This document shows, piece by piece, positions 54,321 to 64,000 of a stretch of 64,000 nucleotides of DNA (position 1 is its first letter; every line of letters begins with the position of its first letter). The stretch covers positions 31,744,001 to 31,808,000 of the forward strand of contig OX597824.1 of NCBI GenBank assembly GCA_951406725.2, in the 5' to 3' direction. This DNA is from Octopus vulgaris. Lineage: Eukaryota. Under the pieces are notes generated by a model that worked only from the letters and a program-made list of their open reading frames with translations, was not told where the DNA came from and ran no database searches. The position numbers were made by a program, and so were the translations under genes.

Positions 54321-55175
54321 ACAGGCATCTCAAAAGTAATTAGATATCATCATTTTCTGAAAGATATATTTCTAGAAATATGATGTTATTTGATGCATTT
54401 ACTTAACCTAGAATTTATTAGACATGCCTTTTGCATACTGCATCGACAAGTCTGGAACAAAAGGTAGTGCCTGAATAGATAAAACAGTTTATTGAGATGT
54501 TTGTTTACTCTTGAGGCGTGTGTGTCTGCGTGATAATAATGTGGTGAGATCCAAATGGTCGGGGTAAAAAGTGTTGGTTAGCCTCTAACATAGACAAGGC
54601 TTGTACAGATCAGAGCTCCGCAACCTTTAATTACAAAATGAATATCTTATATACACGTAATACCAAATTAAACATGTATGTATGAAAATATTTAAAATGT
54701 ATGTACTCACATATATACACTTAATAGTAAATTATGTGTGTGTGTGTGTATATATATGTATATACATATACTCTTTTACTTGTTTCAGTCATTTGACTGC
54801 GGCCATGCTGGAACACCGCCTTTAGTCGAGCAACTCGACCCCGGGACTTATTCTTTTTGTAAGCCCAGTACTTATTCTATCGGTCTCTTTTTGCCGAACC
54901 GCTAAGTGACGGGGACGTAAACACACCAGCATCGGTTGTCAAGCAATGCTAGGGGAACAAACACAGACACACAAACACACACACATACATATATATATAT
55001 ACATATATACGACAGGCTTCTTTCAGTTTCCGTCTACCAAATCCACTCACAGAAGACACTTGCCCAAGATGCCACGCAGTGGGATTGAACCCGGAACCAT
55101 GTGGTTGGTTAGCAAGCTACTTATCACACAGCCACTCCTGCGCTCCTCCTATATATATATATAAATGTATGTATC

Positions 55176-55282
<107 letters not shown>

Positions 55283-55331
55283 GTATGTATGTATGTATGT
55301 ATGTATATATATGTGTGTGTGTGTGTGTATG

Positions 55332-55420
<89 letters not shown>

Positions 55421-55552
55421 AAGTTCAGCAAAATTTAGATTCAGATGAATATGGTACTTAAGTTAAAGGCACCAAAATTTTGTATGGTATGATCCATATA
55501 AATCAAATGGGGTGATTATAATCAAAATAAGCAACAAGGATATCCAAGGTAG

Positions 55553-55640
55553 TGTAGTACAATTGTTTCATGCTACTTCATTTTATTAAACACTGTAAGT
55601 ATTACATCAGTTTTAAAATGTCGAGCAATCTTCAGCCACA
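55553..55640 (-). ncRNA. Type I hammerhead ribozyme
   Basis: TGTGG-CTGAAGA-TTGCT...AGCAT-GAAA-C AATT G-TA-CTACA; palindromic stem III. Confidence 0.72.
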
Positions 55641-56449
55641 TATAGAATTTTATATATATATATCGTGGCACTCCGTCGGTTATGACGACGAGGATTCCAG
55701 TTGATCCGATCAACGGAACAGCCTGCTCGTGAAATTAATGTGCCTGTGGCTGAGCACTCCACAGACGTGTGTACCGTTAGCGTAGTTCTCAGGGAGATTC
55801 AGAGTGACTAGGCTGGCCCTTTGAAATGCAGGTACAACAGAAACAGGAAGAAAGAGTGAGAGAAGATTGTGGTGAAAGAGTACAGCAGGGTTTGCCTCAC
55901 ACTCACTGCCAGAGCCTCGTGAGCTTTAGATGTTTTCCCTCAATAAACACTCACAACGCCCAGTCTGGGAATCGAAACCTCGATCTCACGACCGCGAGTC
56001 CGCTGCCCTAACCACTGGGCTGTTGCGCCTACCCCTCCCACACACACACACAAACGCATATATACTCTCTTTTACTCTTTTACTTGTTTCAGTCATTTGA
56101 CTGCGGCCATGCTGGAACAGCGCCTTTAATCGAGCAACTCGACCCCGGTACTTATTCTTTTGTAAGCCCAGTACGTATTCTATCGGTCTCTTTTGCCGAA
56201 CCGCTAAGTAACGGGGACATAAACACACCAGCATCGGTTGTCAAGCAATGCTAGGGGGACAAACACACTCACACAAATACACACACGCATACATGTATAT
56301 ACATATATACGACAGGCTTCTTTCAGTTTCCGTCTACCAAATCCACTCACAAGGCTTTGGTCGGCCCGAGGCTATAGTAGAAGACACTTGCCTAAGGTGC
56401 CACGCAGTGGGACTAAACAAGCTACTTACCACACAGCCACTCCTGCGCC

Positions 56450-56481
<32 letters not shown>

Positions 56482-56538
56482 AGTTAAGTACCGCATTCAT
56501 GTGAATTCAACAGAACTCACTTGAATCTTAATTGCTTT

Positions 56539-56584
<46 letters not shown>

Positions 56585-56928
56585 CTTTTACTATATATAT
56601 ATATATAGTAAAAGCAATTAAGATTCAAGTGAGTTCTGTTGAATTCACATGAATGCGGTACTTAACTTAGATGCACCAGAAATCTATATGGTATTACCCA
56701 TAACGACTCTGATGAGAGTAGGAATGATTCAACTAACCCCAATTCTAATTCTAGGAAATTTAATAAGAAGGATATAATGTGACTAAATGTTCCTTTCAAC
56801 TGTGCGATTCTATCGGATATTCAGAGTAGATTCAAAATGATTCTGGAAAAGAACTTCCCAACCTCTCATAGATATCATAAAATTATTTCTAAAAAACGGT
56901 CAGAATTTCTTATTCAACCCTCCCAAAT

Positions 56929-57903
56929 ATGTCCACTTTAATAGCTAAGATTAATAATAATAACATTAAACTAGCCAGGAAAAATTTAAATAATAACAAT
57001 AGGAATACCAATGACAATTGTAGTAACATTACCGAAAGTAATAATAGCCACAATAATAATAATAACTACCATAACATAGGTATAACCAATAGCTATGGAA
57101 TAGCTAGTAATAATAATAATACAAATAGGAACAATTATGTTAATAATAGGAGTAATACCAATAGGGAAAATACCGAGAATGAAGACAACAATGATATCTA
57201 TAGTAACAGTATACATTTGGAAACTAATACTGGCAATAATAGTAGCAATACCAATAATGTTAGTAATTATGGTAGCACTATAGAATTAAATGATAGTGTA
57301 GAAAGACCGATAAATGATAATATTGCTTTAGATAACAACATTAACTATAATAACGATAACACTATTTTAGATAGCAGCAGTAACTATAATAACGAAAAAT
57401 ATACTCATAATGTTTTGAATAGCAGTAATATGAGACATCTATCCTTGAGTAATTCCACATCGGAAAATGATCCCCCTATGTGTAAATGTAGAATTAGATC
57501 AAAATGCCCGGCACCTGGTCTATGCGGGTTAAATAACGTAATCTATAAATGTACCATAACCACAGAGAATAACAAATTTATTTATTTAGGGTGTACTATA
57601 AATTTTAAGAAACGTCCTAGCAACCATCTCTCTTCTTTCAAATTACGTCATAAAGCTGATAGCACCACACTTTCAAGTAAGATCTGGGAACTCAAAAACA
57701 ATAATATTAAGTATAACCTTAATTGGGAATTAGTTAGAAGAGCGATACCTTATAAAAATAACAGAGTTGGTTGTCAACTTTGCTCCATGGAAACATTTGA
57801 AATACTAATGCATAGAAGAAATTGTGACTTATTGAATAACCGTATAGAATTGGGTCTTTCTTGTATTCACGCTAGGATTAAGACTCTAAAATATTTTAAA
57901 TGA
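56929..57903 (+). pseudogene. Penelope-like ORF C-terminus: Asn-rich linker plus Cys motif plus GIY-YIG endonuclease
   Basis: CKCRIRSKCPAPGLC, VIYKCTI..IYLGCT-INFKKR..NH..SF, STTLSSKIWELK, CQLCSME, LLNNRIE...CIH. Confidence 0.88.
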
Positions 57904-59028
57904 TAACCGTTTATAAAAATCATTTTGTGATTTGTCTATCTTGCTTATACTAATAAAGCAATACTCTTATATATTATATATTATATATTTGAATAGATAG
58001 CTGCGAGCTCATAGGCTATGGTTATTTACTCTCTAACTGTACCAGATTTGAAACATAAAGAAATAAATTAGTTGCAAATAAATTTTCATTCCAATAGACT
58101 ATATAGATAATTTAAATTAATTTTATCTAATTTTTAATCTAATTTAGGTAAACCAACTTAAAGCAAATAAGTTAATAAGACTTCGTAATTCTTTTATACT
58201 ATAAGTAAATATTGCTACAAGTAAATATTGCTAATCCCATAAATAATATAACGATTTTTCATTATGAAAAACAATACTCTCAATCCTTTCTTTTGACCCC
58301 TAAATGTAGTCCCAAAGTCTGCCAATGTATAAGTAGTAACATTAATAAATAAAGAAATAAATTAAATAACCTCCTTTCTAGTGTTGCACTGAAATCTGTT
58401 AATTTTTTTTCCTACAGTGACAACCTTTGACCAGCCTTTACCTTCCCGTGTCCTCTTTATATATCAATTAACGACGGTATACTGGTCAAGATTAGCATTC
58501 CTCCTTAAAGCTCTTAGATTCTTGCAAATTCTGAATCAGTCAGTTTGTCTCCACTGAAATAAACTATTCTGCGTAGTTGGATATTTACATCCCCTTCCCC
58601 TCTCAGTTACCCCATTATACCCTATGTGAGTGATTGCCTCTACGCTCCACTAACTTTCCTTCAACAAATAGAATTCTAACATAGCAGTTTTGAGAAATTT
58701 TCAGAAATGTAACCAGTATAACATCATACATCAGGAAACACACTTTATTATGGACTAATTATGGATAAATGCATCGTCTGTGAGTATGAAATCTCTCCTC
58801 ATATCTCCAGAAATCAAACTTACTTCAATTATGGATGGATTTACATTTAGATTTTCTGGGAAACTAAGAGGTTTTTTAAAATACTTTTTTAAAGCCTGTT
58901 ATATGACTGTGCAACATTAAAGAACTTTGGAAGTCCGTTTGTTATCTAAATCTGATTTTTATAGAACTATCCCTGATGTTTCAGGAGTGTAACCTCACCC
59001 CCTTAGATGCTTGGAGAACTCAGATGTT

Positions 59029-59119
59029 TTTTCGGCTGATGAGTACGGGTCACTTATATTTACTGCAATATTTGCAGCCTTAATAAAGCTGGTCTTCGTA
59101 CGAAACAATTGTACCAAAA
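59029..59119 (+). ncRNA. Type I hammerhead ribozyme in the Penelope 3' repeat
   Basis: TTTTCGG-CTGATGA-GTACGGG..CTGCAA tat TTGCAG..TTCGTAC-GAAA-C AATT G-TA-CCAAAA. Confidence 0.8.
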
Positions 59120-59210
59120 TATTGATCCATTTTTGTTGCTTTTTTCATGTATATATATGAAAAAACAAGTCAAAATAGAAAATGCTAAAATAATTTTATA
59201 AAGAACATTT

Positions 59211-59248
59211 CAGTACCGGTTTCGGTCATTTTGAGACCTTTTCAACTG
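59211..59248 (-). ncRNA. Minimal type I hammerhead, U3-A8 core variant
   Basis: CAG-TTGAAAA-GGTC tcaaaat GACC-GAAA-CCGG-TA-CTG. Confidence 0.65.
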
Positions 59249-59568
59249 TAACGATTAAATAATTAAATTTATAAAAATTAGAAGAAAAGTTTTTTTAAAG
59301 GAATATTTGTATAGTTTTCAAATATAAGTGGCATTCTGCCTTTCTCTGACTCCCTTGTTTGCACTTGTGTGTTCGAGGTCGTTGTGAATTCTTGGTAGGG
59401 TAGAAGAAGAAGAAGGCTGATGAGGAGAGGGGGTGGAAAAATTTGGGAGTGCCTTGATTGTTGTATTTTGAATGGTCAGTGACGGCTAGCAGTTGCAGTT
59501 CAATTCAGGAGAATATTTCTATTGAGAGGTTTGTTTATATATATATATATATATAAAGTAATGCGTGT

Positions 59569-59632
<64 letters not shown>

Positions 59633-59807
59633 TTATAAAATGAGATAGGGGTTGAAAATTCAACCCACCATGGGATAATATATATCCAATATACTGCCAG
59701 ATAGGTACCCAACAAGATTAATACATAGATGTTAAAAATTGTCAAACAATCAGTTCATCTATTGTATTATATGGGTAAAGGTAATAATATTACCGTAAAT
59801 TAATACT

Positions 59808-60178
59808 ACAAAATTAGAGAATGGAGAAACATACTTAAATCAATAAAACATCAACTATCCGATGATACCCAATCAATACTTTAATACACCATTACATATG
59901 AGTAAAGGCATTATACAAAATGAGATATACAGTAATAGTAAAAAGATAAAGAGATATAAGTAAAAAATTTCAAATATAATATGCAATTACATATAATTGC
60001 ATATTATATTTGAAATTTTTTTACTTATATCTCTTTATCTTTTTACTATTACTGTATATCTCATTTTGTGTAATGCCTTTACTCATATGTAATGGTGTAT
60101 TAAAGTATTGATTGGGTATCATCGGATAGTTGATGTTTTATTGATTTAAGTATGTTTCTCCATTCTCTAATTTTGTAA
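59808..60178. repeat. Near-perfect palindrome of about 370 bp (arms about 185 bp, centre about 59992)
   Basis: acaaaattagagaatggagaaac... mirrored by ...gtttctccattctctaattttgt; about 2 mismatches. Confidence 0.93.
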
Positions 60179-60332
60179 TATATATATATATATATATATA
60201 TCAGAATTAATCAGCCGAAATTTGCTATGATGATCCGGTTTCTGACTGAAGATTAAAGGCTTCGAATGACCTGTCTGTTTTCTGTGTTCGTTCCTTTGTG
60301 TATTTCACGTTCTTTATATATAATTTTTTATT

Positions 60333-60371
<39 letters not shown>

Positions 60372-60383
60372 ATATATATATAT

Positions 60384-61002
60384 ATCATCATCATCATCAT
60401 CATCATCGTTTAACGCCCGTTTTCCATGCTAGCATGGGTTGGACGGTTCGACTGAGGTCTGGGAAGGCAGGAGGCTGCACCAGGCTCCAATCTGATCTGG
60501 CAGTATTTCTACAGCTTGATGCCCTTCCTAACGCCAACCACTCCGAGAGTGTGGTGGGTGCTTTTTACGTGCCACCGGCACAGGGGCCAGAGGGGTCTGG
60601 TATCGACCACATTTGGATGGTGCTTTTTAAGTGTCACTGGCACGGGAGCCAGTTAAGATGATGTTGGCATCGGCTACGTTCGGATGGTGCTTTTTATGTG
60701 CCACCAGCACAGGAGCCAGTCGGAGTGAGGGGGATGACATCGACCACGTTCGGATGGAGCTTTTTACGTACCACCGGCACAGGGAGCCAAACAGGCGGCG
60801 CTGGCATCAGCCACAGTTACAATTTCCATTTGATTGTGGTTTGATTTGATGTTGATGAACTTGACTCAATAGGCACGGTATGTCGCCCTACGATCCAAAG
60901 GTACTTTTATACGACACTGGTGTCATATAACTGGTGTTACTTTATTTGCCGGGTCTTCTCAGTTACAGCATATCTCCAGAGGTCTCGGTCTTTCATCATT
61001 GC

Positions 61003-61005
<3 letters not shown>
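60384..61005 (-). mobile_element. RTE LINE 3' UTR fragment with (GAT)n tail
   Basis: Reverse complement of about 13430-13939. Confidence 0.85.
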
Positions 61006-61039
<34 letters not shown>

Positions 61040-61091
61040 ATGTATGTATATATGTATGTATGAATGTATGTATGTGTATATATATATATAA

Positions 61092-61940
61092 TGTCTGTGT
61101 TCGGATTGTCCTTGCACAGAGGCCATCCGGACTTCCGTCTTCGCCGTGAGCAGGTATTAATCTTCTCTTTGCTCCTTTGCACCTCATGGATAGGGACCGC
61201 CGGATTCTTACCCGAATTGTTAGAAGGGATCACAGAAGTACAGCTCCCAAGATTACTGCAGAGCTTAATGACTACTTCGAGAACCCAGTTTCCACAAAAA
61301 CTGTTCGCCGGGAGCTGCACAAAGTCGCATTTCACAGGAGAGCTGCAATCAGAAAACCACTACTTTGAAAAACAAACGTTGCAAAGTGTTTAGAGTGCAG
61401 TAAAAACCTACAGAATTGGTCCCTAGAGCAGTGGAATAATATTATTTTCTCTGATGAGTCATCCTTTACCTTATTTCCGACCACCGGCTGAGTATACATG
61501 TGGAGACAGCCAAGAGAAGCATTTGACTCAGACTGCCTTCTCCCAAGTGTTAAACATGGAGGAGGATCTGGGGTGCTATATCTTGGAAATGTGGTTTCCC
61601 TTCGTGGCAGAATTAACAGTCAAGACTATTTAAGCATTTTATCTGACCAAATTCCTCCTATGGTTGCGGAACTGTTTCAGGAAGGAGGCGCAATCTTTTA
61701 GGAAGTAACTGCACCAATTCATACAGCTAAAGTTGTTACTGAATGGCACGAGGCACATAGTCATCAGATCTCAATATTATTGAACATTTATGGTGCATTT
61801 TAGAAGAACAAGGAGTCGATATCCTCCACCATCATCACTACAAGAACTGGTGACTATTTTAGCTGAAGAATGGACAAAAATTCCTTTTGAAACAATTCAA
61901 ACTGTGTAAGAGTCCATAACTCATGGTATTCAAGCTGTAA
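61092..61940 (+). mobile_element. Tc1-like transposase relic
   Basis: DRDRRILTRIVRRD..TAPKI, VSTKTVRRELH, FSDESSF, WRQPREAF..CLLPSVKHGGGS and DLNIIEHLW motifs. Confidence 0.88.
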
Positions 61941-61961
61941 TTATATGTTCCACCCACCACA

Positions 61962-62085
61962 CGCCAGTCTGTCGCATGTGGTGGGTGGATCTTCAAGTTG
62001 CCATACGCATTCTTAGTAGTTTAGAGTAGGCTCGAATTAGAGATTATTCTTTGTGGCTAATGGCGTTAGTCCTGATTGGAAGAAG

Positions 62086-62137
<52 letters not shown>

Positions 62138-62300
62138 TAATAAATCTCTGGGCGTTGTTGTTGGTGCTGCTGCTGTCTTCTTCCAATCAGGACTCACGCC
62201 ATTAGCCACAAAGAATAATCTCTAATTCGAGCGTACTCTAAGCTACTAAGAATGCGTGTGGCAACTTGAAGATCCACTCACCACACGCGATAGACTGGCG
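61962..62300. repeat. About 125-bp inverted repeat around a (TA)n tract (61962-62086 / 62176-62300)
   Basis: Arms are reverse complements with few mismatches. Confidence 0.85.
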
Positions 62301-62599
62301 GTTGCACGGGCGCGAAAGCTACGTTGTATCCTCATTCCGTAAACGGTGGCTTTTAACGGGTGGAGGGCTGAACCATCCTGGGGTACAGAGGATTCGCAAT
62401 CTAGACTAGGGTCTGAAAGTTTACCACACCATAGTGGGTTACACTATGGTTCCTCTGCTTTGTGGAAGAAGTGGGAAAAAAGAGTGAGAGACAGTTGTGG
62501 TGAAAGAGTACAGCTGGGTTCTTACGACCGCGAGTCCATTGCCCTAACCACTCAGCCATTGCGCTTCCACTTGCTGCTGCTGTTGCTTTTGATGCTGAT

Positions 62600-63200
62600 G
62601 TTGTGTTAAATGTGCCTGCAGCAGCAGGGATGGAGTTCTTTACTTTGTATGTGTCAAAAAGCCTTTAAGTGGTTTGTCTCGCCACAAAGACGGCATCTTG
62701 GCCTACTGCACTCGAGAGGTTGATCAGATCAGGAATGAATTCGATACCCCTCAAGTGTTTCATTCCCATCCCAAACCAATTTTCCTTTCTCATTTTGTAC
62801 ACTCGAAGAATCGTTGTTTTATCCTCCATGCTGCATAATACAGCTGCCGGTACTCCCAATTACTTTATTTTCATCATCCTCCAACCAAGATATTTCGAAA
62901 TTAGCCATAATTCCTCATTTTCAAGGTTGTTGCTGCACTTTCTTTGGGTTTTTTTCTTCAGTCGGAAGCCTCACCTCAACTGTACTAAAATGTTTTCCAT
63001 GGATGATATGAGTTTTTATCATCCAGACTAGTCTGAGGCGTATTTTCAATTTGGGCCTGCATCGCTCACACCAGTCTCCTAGTTTTTGATTAAATACACT
63101 TGTAGATAATAGTTTGTTTGTTTTTCTAGTACCTTCTTTTATTTCTTTTGGCATGTTTAGAAATATTGTTCTCCTATTCCTTGTTAAAGTGTCGCTTTGA
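62600..63200 (-). mobile_element. Possible highly degraded HERO/R2-like retrotransposon fragment (CCHC region)
   Basis: Minus frame includes KGKLVW and PRCRLCGETNHLKAF, resembling the post-RT zinc knuckle; heavily frameshifted. Confidence 0.4.
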
Positions 63201-63425
63201 CGTCAGTTAACGTTTTGCCATCACGTCAACTTCCTCCAGACAACAAAACATTTGTGTGAAACCGTTTCCATTTTGTTTAGAAATTATAATGGCCATTGTT
63301 TCCGTTCTGTTAATGCATGTGTTAGTGGTGGTGAGGGTGCTGTTTTCACTATTTCCGTCGTCCGCATGCTTAATGTCGTGCTTTCTATTGGTAATGACAG
63401 TGGGGAGAGGTAATGCTGATGCTGC

Positions 63426-63457
<32 letters not shown>

Positions 63458-63689
63458 ATGATTTTCCCTGCGATACTTCCAGCTTCTGACAGTTCCACGA
63501 TATTCAGGTTGTTATCGGTGTTGTTGTTGTTGCTGTTGCTGTTGCTGTTGAGCGTATCGGTCTTCGTCCAGTGGGAGAAGTCCGAAACGTGGTCCTTTGC
63601 TATTCGTAAGACCCGCAGAAGAGAAAGAAGGTCACCCTCCCCCCACCCGACACCGAGAGCATCGACGGATGGATGAATGCGCATCCAGG

Positions 63690-63905
63690 CTCAGCGGTTG
63701 CATAGGAAGTCGGGGACAAGAAACAGGAAAAAAGAGTGAGAGAAAGTTGGAGCGAAAGAGTACAACAGGGGTCGCCCCCCCCCCCCTGCCGGAGCGTCGT
63801 GGAGCTTTAGGTGTTTTCGCTCAATAAACACACAACGCCCGGTCTGGGAATCGAAACCGCGATCCTCCGGCCGCGAGTCCACTGCCATTGGGCCATTGCG
63901 CCTCC
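63690..63905 (-). mobile_element. tRNA-derived SINE family C
   Basis: Reverse complement of the 22038-22350 head (GGTTTCGATTCC B box). Confidence 0.8.
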
Positions 63906-64000
63906 ACTGCTGCTGCTGTTGCTGCTGTTGTCATTGTGGTTATTGTTACCGTTGCCGCTACTCTCCTGTCTGCTCACAATCGTTTAGTTTTGTGAGGGTA

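Larger units (their letters stand above)
56600..59150 (+). mobile_element. 5'-truncated Penelope-like retroelement (inverted terminal-repeat piece, RT C-terminus, GIY-YIG, 3' repeat with hammerhead)
   Basis: Degenerate IM*LNVPFN...ILEKNFP..HRYHKII...RISYSTLPNM thumb-region motif upstream of the GIY-YIG ORF; hammerhead at the 3' end. Confidence 0.85.

Noticed and set aside
63290-63620. polyQ/polyH-like minus-strand frame
   Set aside because: Interrupted by a stop and explained by (CAG)/(CAA)/(CAT) microsatellites; no start or convincing splice support.

Overview
AT-rich eukaryotic genomic DNA. The SINE/LINE repertoire and dense (TA)n/(CA)n/(GAT)n microsatellites look like a coleoid cephalopod, probably Octopus; this is inferred from repeat families. 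One host gene can be built: a minus-strand, four-transmembrane MS4A/CD20-like gene with coding exons at 24552-24376, 20802-20731, 10488-10399 and 7968-7849. All its introns are phase 0, and its 3' end and 5' UTR exon are uncertain. The rest is mostly mobile DNA: RTE-type LINEs, HERO/R2-like fragments, a 5'-truncated Penelope-like element with a GIY-YIG ORF, Tc1/mariner/pogo relics, TTAA (piggyBac-like) and Merlin-like MITEs, several tRNA-derived SINE families, and large inverted repeats. The main hidden signal is about 12 type I hammerhead ribozyme folds, found by eye, from at least 8 distinct sequence families. Seven lie within 25.0-29.7 kb. They sit in short, often inverted, Penelope-type terminal repeats embedded in (TA)n tracts, and include U3-A8 compensatory-core, U4C and very-long-stem-II variants. 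One tRNA-headed SINE also carries a Penelope/hammerhead-like tail. Most ORFs in the supplied track are microsatellite artefacts. All folds and family calls are manual and need computational confirmation.
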